Positions 49,939 to 64,000 are shown, counted from the stretch's first letter. The stretch is DNA of 64,000 nt from Tubulanus polymorphus (GCF_964204645.1 NC_134025.1:16219101-16283100), one strand, 5' to 3'. Program-made: numbers and translations. The notes: generated by a model from the letters alone, not told the origin.

Positions 49939-52900
49939 AGTACACCGCACTGCAGTGTTTTGATGTAATTAGTAATTATCTCTCTTGAAAAAAGGCAGCA
50001 CCTGTTAAACATAGTGAAATACTGGTAACTAACCATACACCGCACCACCTTGTAGACGCACTATAGTGGTATTACCGTTATTCAACACACTAGGGTGGAA
50101 TTTTTAGAAATTTTCAAATTATCTCCAGCACTATAGGGTATAAATTAGTCAGCACTGAAAGGGATTATTAACAGCCTGCCTGATCATACATTCATACAAG
50201 AAAAATTGTACATTTTAAATTTGCCGAGCTTCAGAAATTTAAATTGAGTGCAGCCAATGACTATTATTACCTGGCACGGGGTATATACACTACAATTTTT
50301 GTATTCTTAACCCTTTCAGTAAGCACCCCGCCAGCAAAACATATACTCAATATACGCACCCCATTCCCCGAAGGGGGTCACTTAACATTATATTATTAGG
50401 TAAATCGAATCCTATTATATTTGAAGGCTTCTTGGTGGTAGTAAACATCTACCAGGTGGTGAGAGAATTCTTAAAGTATTATGAATTTTGGACAAGTTTT
50501 GAGGTAAAACAAAAGGCAAAATGGCACTGAAATGGAGACTAACAGTCAGTGAAGCGTAAAGATGATATTTAATTCAATGAGGACTTCGTGCCACCAGCTA
50601 TCCCGCTAGATGGCGAGCGTAACAGTGCAACAACCCTGTCAAAATCTAGTTCATTTTCAATGTACTTTCATCTAGATTTTTAGCCTCCCTCATCAGAAAT
50701 TAGGGCAAATCACTCCTCTTGCTAAACTCAGATGATCTTAAGGTTCATATTTAAGGTGGTTTTTACTGATCACCATTCAAAGAATTTGAGAAATTATGGA
50801 TAGACTTTATGCAGCCGTTAGTCAATTGGATGAACTCCCCAGCTCATCCACTCGTTTTACAAGAAATATTTGGGGTGGTCAACTTGATCACGAATCTATC
50901 TGTCAGTCCTTTAATACCCGTGTCCATTCACTTCCATTCGATATGTTTGCTTCCAGATATAGTGGTGCACTCGACCTTGACTCACCGATGCATATATTTT
51001 GTAAAATAAAAATGTGCATACTTTTTATTTTATATTCTCTTTGTTGTGTAATTTTAGTTTACTAGTTTAGTGCTGTGTAATCCCACCACATTTAACACAA
51101 CTGAATTCATACATGTGAGAGGCTCATAAGGAAAAAAGCTGAAAAAACCCGAACTTTGGCCGTTAGAAGCTTTAAGAGTTTTTAGTTCTGCTTAGACTCA
51201 ATTTCCAGGCATCTGAGACAATCAAAATGAATTTAAAGTCATATTCCATTTCTCATTCATGCTTACTATTTATTAAGTTGTATTATAAGTACATGTATTA
51301 CAAGTAGTTATTTCTTAGAGGATTTTCTTTTTCTTGATTTCTCAAGAAAAACAAGGCGTGCCTTTTTGACGGATTTTAAGGAAAGTTCTATCTGTCTTTT
51401 TTTGGTCAATCTCTCGGATTCTTTCAGTTTCAGTTTTTCTTTCTGTCTTTCTTTTTCCTCTTAACGTTTATCAACGACACTACGATATTCTTTAAATGCA
51501 GATCTCATGTTATTGCAGAGTTTTGAATCAATTGGGTCATTCAGACCATCTGTTCTTCTGAAATACTGAACAGAAGTTTTAACACTGGCTTGCAATTTGT
51601 ACTTCACGGATTGTACAGCACTGTTAGTCTCTATATGCATCTGTCCGGATCTCTTGTCAATCATGTCTGACATAACATTAAATGAACCTTCAACTTTTGG
51701 TCCATGGAAACACGATAGCACCGCTGCAACAATAAGGCCCTTTTTTTAATTGCTTGCAGCACGGATTTTATCACCCAAGAAATGGAAGGGTAAAAAATTA
51801 AAATAATTTAAAAAATTTTTCCAAACGACCTTGTAAAAAGTGGAAGGGTGAAAGGAAAAAAAATTTAAAAAAATAATTTTATTTCTTCCTTTCAAACAGG
51901 AGTTTCATCGCATAATCTGGAAGGGTGAAGGAAAGAAAAACAAACAAAAAATAAAAATTTTCCCATTTATTGCCTGCTATTATGGGATATGCTGGAGGTA
52001 TAAAAGAAATAATATAAAATTGTTAAATCACATATTTCTTCATTTCAGAACAGAACACAATCTTATTGATTTCCTTATTTTTTGCCCTTCCAACCACGCA
52101 CAGTCCAGCATCAAGGCACGTAATACAAATTGGTCGCACAGTCTTGTATAATGCCTCTGCCTCTTTCCATCTTTCATCGTCTTCCTCACAGTCGTCACCA
52201 CCACAGTGCACACATTTCAAGCCAAAGTATGTTGCAGCTGAAAAGAGGCAAAGAAATGAAAGTATTGAGAATCTTTTCAAAGGTTCAAACATCAAACTTC
52301 ATTTCATTCAGCCATTTGGGATTAATCTTATTTTGCGGGACCATATGAATGAATGGTACAAATCAAGCAACACATTGATACACACATGGTAGTGTGATAC
52401 TAAACAGTCCAGAATTCATAGAGTTGTTGCCAATATCAGACATATTTCTAAAAAAGATTAATTGAAGCGCAAAACCAGATGATTGCAGATGATTCACAGG
52501 TATATCTCTTCAGAAAATGGACAGGGATATTAAGTCCAGGGCAAAAAGCACTTACTTAGCTAGGTACAAGAAATGGAGATATTGGTGCAAGAACTTACTC
52601 GAACTCTGCTGTGGCGCCTCCCTCCACTCTCACCACCTTTCCGCCATCTGTATCCACCATCGATGCCACATCAAACACCCTGAGACCAAGTGACAGCCTT
52701 GACAGTCACCTGTCAAGCTCTTTGGTTCCTTTCCAACAAATGAGTTGGAAAGCTGCCGCCGCCATTTTCGCTTGCCGAAATCCTACTATTTACCGAAAGA
52801 AACCTCGATGACAAACATCGGGAACGTTGAAAAAAGACTCGACGGGAGGATGGAAAAACATAAAATTTTATCTTTCTCTCTAATTTAGCGGTCATCGCAG

Positions 52901-53053
52901 AACGGCGGGCGGGAAAAATAAAAAAATTTTTCAATTTTTTTAAAAGTTCACGGATTTTCAGCACGGATGAAGGGAAAAAAAATTTTTTTTTAATGTTTCT
53001 TTTTTTCCAAATTGACGGAAACGACAGTGCAGGATCCATGCTGCAAGCAATTA

Positions 53054-56000
53054 CAGGGTTCCTGCACATAAAAATCAACCAAATTCCATGACTTTCCATG
53101 ACCTTTTTAGTCAATTTTCCATGACTTTTCCTGACAAACAACCATAAAATTCCATGACTTTCCAGAAAATCGAGGAATTTCAACCCCAAAATTCCATGAA
53201 TTTCCTGAAACTGGGAATTTAGATCGTTTTACGACTTGAAATGTAAATTTACACTTACCAGACAAAATATTTACAACTATGTACAACACTACTAACAGTT
53301 CTTAAGCTAGTTCATCTGATTTTAGTTGCTGTTCCAGCTGCTCAATCTTTTTTTGAGCTTCTGTTATTTCAGCATCCTTTCCTTTTGCTGATTTTCTGAG
53401 TGCATTTGACTCTAGTCACAGTTTTTTTATTTCTCTACTGGTTTTAGCCTTTTCGCAGAGTTCATCAGCAGATTTTATCAGAGTAGCTTTACTTGATTCA
53501 AGATGACGTTTCTTCTGCTTTACAACTGATATCTCATCTGTAACCAATTTCCGCTTCTCAGCAGAACTAGAAGTTTGGCTAGACTTCTTTAGGTCATCCA
53601 GGTACTTGCGGTATTTTGTCCGTGCATTAGAAACATGTGAGAGGCATGCGACAGATATTTCAAACTTTTCTAATCCACCTATTTCACGTAGATGGTCCAC
53701 AATTGACCGCTGAGCTACAAGTGTATTTTCTTTCATATTTGTAGTGAGGATTTCTTTGTTGAAAGAAAATCCCCTTTCAACTTGGCTTTGGCCATGAGAT
53801 AGTATCAGTATCATTTTCACTATAGTGACCAGGAAGCTGTAGTTGTTCTGCTCAAAACGAGAAATTAAGAACTTGTCCAGACTTTCACTCTTAAGTGGAT
53901 CGTACTTGGAGAATAGATCTCTTTCAGCGGAATCATGTAATGCACTAACATTATCAATGAACTCGTTATATTCGACCTTTGCCCTGTCACATGCATCTTC
54001 GCTTGCACGCTTACATTCAATGATAACTTCTAAGACTAATTTGAAATTCATTTTGCAAGTTTCTGGCTTCTTAAGCATTGTTACTGGATTGAGCGAGCTC
54101 AAATGTCTTGCAAAGGAAAATGTTATTGGTGTTCTATTTTTGAGATGCTTCACCAGACTAACCAGAGTGGCGCGGCACTTCATTCTATAGTCCATAACAT
54201 CACGTTCACTAACTTTCTTTTCACTTAGGGCTTTCCTCTCAATCCCAGATGCTCTGAATCCAATGTCCACTGATTTATAATCACACAAATTGTCTGTTTT
54301 TTCTACATCCAAGGCTACCAATTTTCTGGCTGTATTTGCTGATTTCAACAATAATGGTTTGACGAACCTTTTCATCAGTTCTCTGATTAGCGCTTCAAGA
54401 TAATCACCCAGAAAAGGAACCATCGGGCGGTCCGATTGGAACATTTTCAAAAATGGTTCGATCAGCGAAACTACCGCCAAGATAAAATGCTAGCTTAGCA
54501 CGAATCAATGGATCTGCCACAGCCGCTTTCACAGACAGATATGAATTGGACTTAGGTTCTGCAGCTGGTGCTAGTGATGTAATGTATATTTGTCATATTT
54601 CCAGAGCTCTTGTGACGACTATCTTATTTTCAACCCATCGGTGAGCGCAGAATTTCAAGGGAAACACTTTCGACCCAGAAGCTACTGTGTAATCTGATCT
54701 ACGTGCAGGGCTATCTTTGAAAATCCAATAGAGTCCTTTCAACACATCACTGATCTCAAATTTTGAACTATTTTTGACACCGTTGTGGATAGTGTGCAGC
54801 CCACAACTGCCTATATCAAACAATAACATTCCACATTCATTTTTAACATCGGTTTGTATTAATCTGAAGAGTTTTTGATTGACGGTCGGTCCATCCATTG
54901 ACAGTTGGATGACTTTATTACATCCCAGTTCATGAAACACTTCAAGAATTGGAGGCTTGAGATCCTCCTCTGCTCTACCGTGACCAAGAAAATACGATGA
55001 CAAATAGCGGGTGACTATTTGATTTTCTTGCATGGCCCAAAATCGGACATGAATGTCTAACTGTTTTTTTTCCAATGCGCTGTTATGGGATTCATCAAAC
55101 TTGACAACAACATGTGTTGTCTCCTTCAGTTTCGCAGAGAGAATATTTTGTATGTATGGGCCAAGACCAAAGGTCGAGAGATATGCGATCTTGTTGTCAC
55201 CACACGAAAACTTTTTAGCAATCTCACTGTCATGAAACATTCGCTGGAATGTCTGGGTAATATTAGAGCAACTGTTAAAACTGTAATGAGATTCACTTGC
55301 TTTCAGAATCCATAATATTTCTGCTTCCAAATCATCCGTCTTTCCAACCAATTGATCAATAGTAGTAAAATTAGTGGATTCCTGAGATGCATTGTCACTA
55401 GTAGACATGGACGGATTTGGATTGGACAGGTCGAAAAAAGATGTAATGTTCATATTTTTCAGAGTTACGCCGATACGTTTTTTGTGTGCCTCCCCTTCCG
55501 CATGGGATGTGACTGCACCAGCTCTCATGTTACCAAGCTAAAATGCCTATATCAAACAATAACATTCCACATTCATTTTTAACATCGGTTTGTATTAATC
55601 TGAAGAGTTTTTGATTGACGGTCGGTCCATCCATTGACAGTTGGATGACTTTATTACATCCCAGTTCATGAAACACTTCAAGAATTGAAGGCTTGAGATC
55701 CTCCTCTGCTCTACCGTGACCAAGAAAATACGATGACAAATAGCGGGTGACTATTTGATTTTCTTGCATGGCCCAAAATCGGACATGAATGTCTAACTGT
55801 TTTTTTTTCCAATGCGCTGTTATGGGATTCATCAAACATGACAACAACATGTGTTGTCTCCTTCAGTTTCGCAGAGAGAATATTTTGTATGTATGGGCCA
55901 AGACCAAAGGTCGAGAGATATGCGATCTTGTTGTCACCACACGAAAACTTTTTAGCAATCTCACTGTCATGAAACATTTGCTGGAATGTCTGGGTTATAT

Positions 56001-57663
56001 TAGAGCAACTGTTAAAACTGTAATGAGATTCACTTGCTTTCAGAATCCATAATATTTCTGCTTCCAAAACATCCGTCTTTCCAACCAATTGATCAATAGT
56101 AGTAAAATTAGTGGATTCCTGAGATGCATTGTCACTAGTAGACATGGACGGTTTTGGATTGGACAGGTCGAAAAAAGATGTAATGTTCATATTTTTCAGA
56201 GTTACGCCGATACGTTTTTTGTGTGCCTCCCCTTCCGCATGGGATGTGACTGCACCAGCTCCCATGTTACCAAGCTAAAATGGAATAGTAACGTGTGGTT
56301 GCATGATAATTAGCCAACAGTGACTGGCTCACAGCCCATGTAAGCAGCATAATCAATATAGACCTAAACCGATAAGGCCTAAGCCATGATCGATGGCATT
56401 TTTTTTTTTTAATGAAAATGTTGTTCGTTACCGAAATAAAAAATATCAACTGACGATGCTGAACTAAACTCTTCAATAAATAGCGGTTTTTATTCTAAAT
56501 CTAATTGCTTTATTAATTCATAGCCCCTTATTACAGTTAATGATTCATAACGGTCTTATTATACTCGTAATTTAAAGCTTTTATTATCCTTGAATTAAAT
56601 TATAAGACGCACGCCAGAGCTCTCTGCGTGCGTCTCAGTAGTGTTACAATACAGCGCATGTATTAATAGCCATATATGTTCTCTATCGATCACTGCTACT
56701 ACAGCAGGGAAGTGTGTCTGTGTGTGAGACTATAGTATTACAAAAGCATTGAACGCGCGCCAACACAGGTGTTGAAAGACGAAACAATACTGACTGGAAT
56801 AAGATTCCGTCAGTATTGTTTCCTCTTTCAAAGATAAAATGAATATCTGATAGTGTTCCACTACTAATTGTGGGCCCACTATTGACTATTGAGTCAATTA
56901 TTTTATCAACTTTCAGAATTCTATTCAAGACCCTACTAAATATAGAGCGACCGTAACACCGTACACAATAGGCCACGTATGAAAATACGGTGAAACCGTA
57001 TGGGTTGGCAGCTCTGGATTGAGATAAGGGCAATTGATTCTGCAAAATACACGGGCTGAAATTAGGTGGGAAATTGGCAAATTATTATGCAACAACTCGT
57101 TAGTCTACGGAGCCGATGAATCGCTACCTTAATCTCCTTCTTGCACACACTGCATCTGGCATGCTTATTGTCTGCCCCCCTTACAATCCATGAATACTCG
57201 TCAAGCCATAATTCGTTGAAATATGTTTGTCCAGACATTGTTCATCACTCACACAATGCACAATTCGAAGAAAATTATCGCGACGCATTCCGGCACACGT
57301 CCGCCATAATGATGTAAACAAACAGTATGTAAGCTGATTCACGATTGGCTCTAGATGATATCATCATCGATCATATAACCAATCATGTCACTCGTTGTAA
57401 ACTGCTGAACCAATATGGGTTTTTGAAGAATATGGAGAGAAGAACGAAATACGACATGTGAACGATTCAGAAATAAAAATTTTATTGATACAAAAAATTA
57501 CAATAATTGCATGGAAGCCTGAATTCCATGATTTTCCATGATGTTAAGAAATAAAAATTGAAATTCCCTGACCCAAACTGAAATTCCCTGATTTTCCATG
57601 ATTTTCCAGTCATGTTTTCAATTCCCTGATTTTCCCTGACTTTCACTGATCGCGGGAACCCTG
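53054..57663 (-). mobile_element. hAT-like (hAT5-type) transposon with 5-bp TSD
   Basis: TIR CAGGGTTCC(T/C)GC; AATTA at 53049-53053 and 57664-57668; subterminal TTCC(A/C)TGA repeats at both ends. Confidence 0.85.
53301..56400 (-). pseudogene. hAT-like transposase disrupted by a ~737-bp tandem duplication, a stop and frameshifts
   Basis: FDESHN, SMDGPTVN, CGLHTIHN, RWVEN and SHGQSQVERGFS motifs; 54808-55545 repeated at 55544-56282. Confidence 0.85.
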
Positions 57664-60001
57664 AATTAAAAAAAAGGCCTTAGATTCGGATATGCCCCTG
57701 TCTCATACACATTGCACCACCATGTGTCCACGCTATCGCATTTTGGATCATACGGTATCTTAGAAACAGCCGGATAAGAGTGGAATTTTCTCACCTCTTT
57801 TTCATAACATTCAATTTCTTCTGGCCGAAGAATAGTTGTCAATACTTTCTTCGGGATTTGAAGTATGTATTTAAGCGCATTTGTACAGCCACGACAAGCA
57901 GAGTCTACACTAGAAAAATACAAGAGGGCCATATTCTCAAGAGGCATTCAACATACGCTGTAGAAATCATGTTCAAAAAACTTAACACGGAGGGAGTCGT
58001 CTTTCGAAAGTCCGTCTAACAGTCCCTCAGCTTTACTGCCAATAAACATCTCTGTCACGCATTTTGGCTTCATGACCTAGGGAGTCATGCAGACGAACCA
58101 GTTTCTGACCTGATGCTGCTTTACAGAGAATCTCTGGTTTAACAAAACAGGAGAGAAAGTCCCTAAGCCAGTTATCATGTCATATAAAACATGTATCATT
58201 GGCTTATTCATTTAATAACTTGATTCAACCAGAGAGAAATAAGTCAATTGCGGATGTACAGTACACCCACTTTACTTCCCCATTTTCCTGGTACCAAATT
58301 TTTAGTCTTAAGCGAAGCGATATTCTAAGGTATGCTAGGGGATTTCATTAGAATATGAAGCAATGGAACCAGAATTCAAGCCCGAGTTAAGCGAACTATT
58401 GATTCTGATATAATGTAAGAACTGATTTCCTTTGTGTACTCTTGCAGAATGTGTTATGTATTATTCTAAGCGGTTAAATAATATAGTTAGACAAACGTCC
58501 AATTATTGGATCTTTCTTGTTGACTCATCTAATTTTGTGAGTTTAGAGTTCCAGTCAATCCACAATGTGCATGTGCCTAGCCTTCATCTACACTAAAGCC
58601 AAGCCTGTGTATGGGAAAATGTGGTTGGACTCTTATAAGCCAGACAAATCATAGCATGCAATACATTGCAGAAGTAGTCTCCAGCAAGTTGAAAGAGAAA
58701 GTAAACCAGGTTTTGCCCTGTACCCTAACCGGGAACGAAAGACACTTCAAGACTCCTTCCTCCTTGTAGAAATACGGCACCCAATCGTAGCAATGCTAAG
58801 TACAGTATACTATGACAGTTGAACCTTTATTAACGAATTTCAATGACACCGAAAATAGAATCAAAATAATCATACGTTCCATGCTAGCACTTAATTTTGG
58901 TTATCAGGTTAAGCCTAACTGTACTTTCATTCAGCTACTACTTGTATGAGACTTGGCAATGACAAGTTGCAAGAAATCACCAAACATGAGAAAAAATATT
59001 GAGAATTAATATTACTGTAATTAAGAATTTATTCAAATGAAGTGATAACTTCATTGTTAGATCGTACCGGTATATGCACATAAAACAATAACAACAATTT
59101 ATAACATGATGCACAGACTAATGAAATGTTAAGAAATGAAGAAAAATATTATTTATTCAATTTTCCATTGATAAACCGTAAATAAAATAAAGAGTCTTTC
59201 CATGCTAACTGTGACCGGATGGCACAGTCTCCAGAACGCTAGTCTTTGCGCGGTGTGGTGCCACGTCACAGTTGGATGACCTATATATCCCCTTACTGTC
59301 TAAATGGCAATGTATAAAGCTTATACGGCTTGTATGTATGCCTGGTAGTCCTGGCAACCACAGGGACTTGTTTTTGTTCGAGTTCGCTGGCGGGTGTATG
59401 AATAAAATCTATCTAGGTCACGAAAGTCATTATCGGTGAATTGAGGTCGTTGTGTAAACAAAGTAGAGCAAAATTGAAAGCTTTATAAATAGACACAGCG
59501 GCTGGTATACGGGGTCTATACATGACGCAGTGGATATAATGGAGATATATAGAGAGAATATGCAGCTGCAGTTAGGGGTAGGGGTACCTGAATGACCCGA
59601 AAGTAGGTCAAATTTTTTTTTTGACATTTTGGGGGCCCCTAACGACCCCAGAATAGCTAGATCATCAGAAACAAGCTGAATCATCATATTTTAGTGTAGG
59701 GAAGCGTATTAGACCGTCTAGAAGTTTGAGAACCCAATATTTTTTGAAAAAATTGTTTTTTCGAAATAAAGTTCGCAAAATCTCAGGATCTGGTTTTCAG
59801 GAAAGTCGCATGGAAAGATTTTAGTGAACCCAAGTCTATTAAAGCTGAGCCGCCAACTCATAGTTTTCTCTCATCCTACTCATATCCATGTTTCATCCTA
59901 TTTTCTCAGATCACATCCTATTTTTGGTTTCCAAAAATCAAGAAAACATAAACCGGAAAATCAATATTGAAATCTTTATTTCTGTAATTCACGACAACAT
60001 T

Positions 60002-60908
60002 TTAAAAAATAAAAGAAGCAAAATTAGAACAGGCACATGCATACTTCTCGGCGCAAGGATGCCCCTTAAACATTCGGCGGAATAGGTCACCAGCATGATC
60101 GGAAGCCATGAGAGCAATATTATGTTCAACTAAGAAGTATGTGAACAATACGTCTGTACGAATCACTGACAAATCATCATCTTCTTTCTGGCTAGGACGC
60201 AAGAAGTGGGAAATTTTCCTAAACTTAGCTTTATCTTTGTGGCCAGTAGTACCAAAGTGCTTTACAAGGTCACTACTCCCACCATGGGATACTGATACAT
60301 CAATCCCGCAAATGTTACAATAAGCAAAATACCGAGACGATTTTGACCTTGTGATGCAAGGGAATTTCTGCGTATAGACATTTAAGAACATTTGTTTACG
60401 TATCTCCGGTCCGGTTCCACTACGTTTCGTTTTTTTTGCCGAAGATCCTTCGTTACCAGCATCAGCTGCCGCCGCATGATCGGCACGCTCCTCTCCGTCA
60501 TTTGATCGGACATATTGTTCACTTTTATTGTTAAAATTACAAAGAACGAGCCGGCACACGCCGCGAACAGGAAGCCGCCATCTTTGATACCGTCAATCGA
60601 CAGACGTCCTAAGTAGCGAACACAACCGTCGCAATACTGCGGCGTGAAATCAAAAGTCTAAGAAACGATAGAAAATACGTAATATTTATTTACTTTAACA
60701 ACATATCTTGAAATATTATCGTACTAAAACACAATTCATCGTATTATCGTATGCATTAAACGACCGGGTCGTATTAGTTTGCCGTACAGCGTATCATTGT
60801 ACAGTTACTAGCTCCCGGTCGTATTGATTTGTTGTTCAGCGTATCGTTGTACGTTCAACGCACCAATCATACGAAAATACGACGATATCGTACTGGTTGG
60901 CAGCCCTG
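60002..60908 (-). mobile_element. 5' end of a hAT-like element with BED zinc-finger transposase N-terminus (ORF 60002-60559)
   Basis: AYCNICGIDVSVSHGGSSDLVKHFGTTGHK and FLVEHNIAL; terminus CAGGGCTGCCAACC on the minus strand at 60908 with CGTA-rich subterminal repeats. Confidence 0.7.
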
Positions 60909-63900
60909 TTAAAGCTATGTGGGGAGCATTTGAAAGTATAAATAATAAACGCACGTTGATATCTGTGTCCATTCTTTCAGGTGATTGTTTTAATCAGAAA
61001 AATCTGGATCGCTTTTCAAACAAAAATACTTTGTATTCAATTTAAACTGCCAAACATCATCTTTGCTGCATAAAATATACTCTGATGAATCAGGAGACGT
61101 TGAAATATACTGCGTGTAATTACCTCTGTTAACATAAACTCTGTTGCCATCGCAGGGAAGATCAGCGAAATCAATGTTAGCTTAAGAAACAACAAAGGCA
61201 CCATTTTCTTGACATCTGTACGGTATTTTGGTACACAAAGGAATGTCGATGGTTTCCTCAATGAGTCTTCTGCAGATTGTAGTAAATAAACAATCATCCT
61301 CATTAAATGGAATCTGAGGGTCGCCATGAAGTATCTGAAATATTTGAATAAGAAAGTAATTAGTGATGAGTTGCAGTGGTTTGTGATTCCTTTAAGCTTT
61401 CATATTCTCTCCAAGAAGAAACATCCAGATTTTGATGGAAACGAACTACAAACATGTTAATCTAGAATAATCTTATACCGGATTTAACATTAATCTTTTT
61501 AATTTTTAATCTCTTTAATCTTTTGCCGGTTGAAGCTTTCATGCATTATGTCAATGCGAACGGCCTGCAAAACGCGAAATATTCAGCGGAATAAATGTGT
61601 ATGAGTGTTTAAACCTGTAGGCCTTGTCTGGAACTAAGACAATTAAACTAACATGAGCAAAAAACGTAAATAATTGATCAAAAACACATCTAACAATCCA
61701 TCATCCGCAATCGATCAAAAGTCGAACATGACGACGACCTTAAGGCATATCTCTGTAACCGAAGGTAGAGACTAAACCACGGTTCAGGACTCGGCAGCGG
61801 ACACCGGCCCGGAAAATATTTCAAAACGTGTATTGTCGGTACCTAGCACGATTTCAGCGTTTTTCGGGAATTCCCTGAAATTTCGGCGTTTTTCGGAAAT
61901 TCCCTGAAATTTCAGCTTTTTTATTTCAGTGTTTCAGCGTTTCAGCATTTTCAGCAAAGTTATGGAACCGTGCATTATGAGCATGAAGACAACTGTCGCC
62001 ATCAATATCAATTAAATGTGGAGCCATGTTGCTGCAAAAAAGAAAAAAATCCACTCACCTTCACATGGTGCAGCAAAAAATAATTATTAGGCCCAGACCT
62101 TTAGGCCTCCTATAAGCTTATATTACAGAAAAAATAATAGCAAAAAGATTTACAAACCTGGGAGAACGTAATTAGACGAAATATCTTTGACGTTTTTCCA
62201 ATGTTTATTCGACGCGACGTAGTCGGTCAGTGCAGGTTTTCCCCTGGTATCATACTTTAATACAGCATCACAAGCCGTGCAATACGCTTTCCCAGAGCTT
62301 GAATTTTTCTTATGTTTTTAACAAGAAACTCTCCACCAAATACAGCCTGCAGCCAGGCCTACTTCCAGCCATTCGCGAGTGATTTTTCGGATTCAAGTCT
62401 GTCACCTGTGCCGGCACGGCGAATGAGAATGTCACCTCGCATTTAACTACTAGCGTATTGTTATCTTAATTTACCAATCGAAGCCAGAAGGCATGCTTGG
62501 CACGCTTATTCTTCAAGCGCTCTCATTCATGAGACGATCGATATCATTGGCTGACAACCATGAGCTGTTTCGAATAGACACAGCTTGGACCGCGGAATTT
62601 AAGGGTGAAGCACGTTGTTCGCCTTCATTATCTGTGAGGGGATATAGGTTCATAGATATTCCATCAACCACCCCCCCCCCCCCCCACATGTTTTCTCATC
62701 GGATTTGGACGAATTGCAAAACTGACATTTTTCCTATGATTAAGAGGAGAAACGCAGAAACGCGGAAATCTCACATGTATGTGTATTTCATACCTATTTT
62801 TCTTGCTTATTGCACGCTTTGGACAATCATGTATAGTGTACGTGTACTTCATTTCATATTCTTGTGTAGCAGGTTTTTTGTAGGATCACCTGTCAAGTCT
62901 AGAGAATCCAAGATTTTTGGGTGATATTATGTGTTATTACGCATTAGAAAAATATTAATGTAAAAATAAATGGTTTCCAAGTCGCCAGACAGCTCATCTA
63001 GTCAAAAAAATACCATTAATGGTATTGGTTTTGCACTGAAATTATTTAACCATGTTGTCTTCATTATGACTGTTCCCAGTCAGTACAAAAGGAGAGGGCA
63101 CAGTATTTTCAGCACATCATTTTATCATGTCATTCTCAAGTCATTTCTCTAGTAGAAAATAAAACCTCATCTCTCATTTTGACTACATCCGTTTTGCACC
63201 AAATTTTGCTTGTATTTTGCCAATATTTCTTTTTACCACTAGGACGCAGTGAAACTAGGTTTTACTGGAAACTAGTGGAAGTGCTAATCAAAGGGAAGAA
63301 CTAAGGCTCAGATCTGAACAGAATATGCTTTTTATTACAAAGTAATTCAGTTCAGCAATTCAACAAAATATAACAAGAAACAAAATTGTTAAAATGAACT
63401 TTCCTAAATTTACATGAGTGTATATTTAATCAGCATCAACATTAAAGATTGGTATTCTAGATTTATAGGCAAAACAAATGAAAAATAGAGACAAGAGCCC
63501 CAAGGGGCACAATGGCCAGCCTGTCAGATTTGCTTTTTATAAATGATGTAATCTGTGGGTTATATTTATCAATATACATTCCCTGCTCAATATCATTTAC
63601 ATAGTAAAATCATGTGTTAACACAGACAGCAGGAACGAATGTAATATAGAAATACTAAGTTATTGTATTGTTCAACGCCCCCTGGTGGCCATAAAAAAAA
63701 CCAATGAGTTTGAAACTCACCTCGATCATAGAACATGTCATGAGCTACAACTTTCCAATTGATTATAGTAGCAAAATATGCTTAAGTATCAATTATGATG
63801 TGGAAAAACTTTTTTTCCACCTACGAATGAGTACTGATGACCCCAAGATGGCTGCCAAGTGCGTCATAATTGCCTGGTCAAAAATACCCTCTCGGATATA

Positions 63901-64000
63901 AAAGATCCCTTTCCAAAGAATACCCATTACAAATTGCAATGAAACATGGCGCACCATTAGAAAGCTACAGTACTCAGAATTCAGGCCAAAATTGACATTT

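Larger units (their letters stand above)
51736..57679. mobile_element. Harbinger-like non-autonomous element whose right TIR is split by a hAT-like element
   Basis: Left GGCCCTTTTTTTAATTGCTTGCAGCACGGA; right TCCATGCTGCAAGCAATTA[insertion]AAAAAAAGGCC; flanks TAA and TTA. Contains a Cys-rich coding remnant at 52023-52295. Confidence 0.7.
51316..58200 (-). pseudogene. hAT-like transposase C-terminal region split by nested elements (pieces ~57683-58200 and ~51316-51732)
   Basis: Removing 51736-57679 and one TSD restores DTWWCNVYETGAYPNL|IVAAVLSCFHGPKVEGSFN, a hAT dimerisation-like motif. Confidence 0.7.

Noticed and set aside
60910-64000. Short ORFs as host genes
   Set aside because: No recognisable domains or coherent exon structure; the region looks like repeat debris.

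Overview
AT-rich eukaryotic DNA, probably from an invertebrate animal (inferred from the repeat families), with no recognisable host protein-coding gene. Bases 1-12822 are the right-hand part of an integrated, decaying Polinton/Maverick (adintovirus-like) dsDNA virus. It carries a protein-primed DNA polymerase B, a Zn-finger gene, candidate minor and major capsid genes, several membrane proteins, a retroviral-type integrase with chromodomain, a packaging ATPase and a right terminus ending ...TATTACT. Two features stand out. (1) The polymerase carries a LAGLIDADG homing-endonuclease intein inserted exactly in the catalytic YxD|TDx motif. (2) All 13 viral genes with a visible start begin at TAAATG, mostly behind a T-run, which is the architecture of a poxvirus late promoter. 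Together these suggest a satellite that depended on a cytoplasmic large DNA virus. The rest of the window is nested transposable elements: an apparently intact intron-containing piggyBac (15591-18623), a 5'-truncated CR1/L2-type LINE, Penelope, BEL/Pao and Gypsy relics, hAT-like elements with 5-bp TSDs, Harbinger-, pogo-, P- and piggyBac-type MITEs, Helentron-like elements and a tRNA-derived SINE. Family assignments come from motif recognition by eye; no database searches were run.
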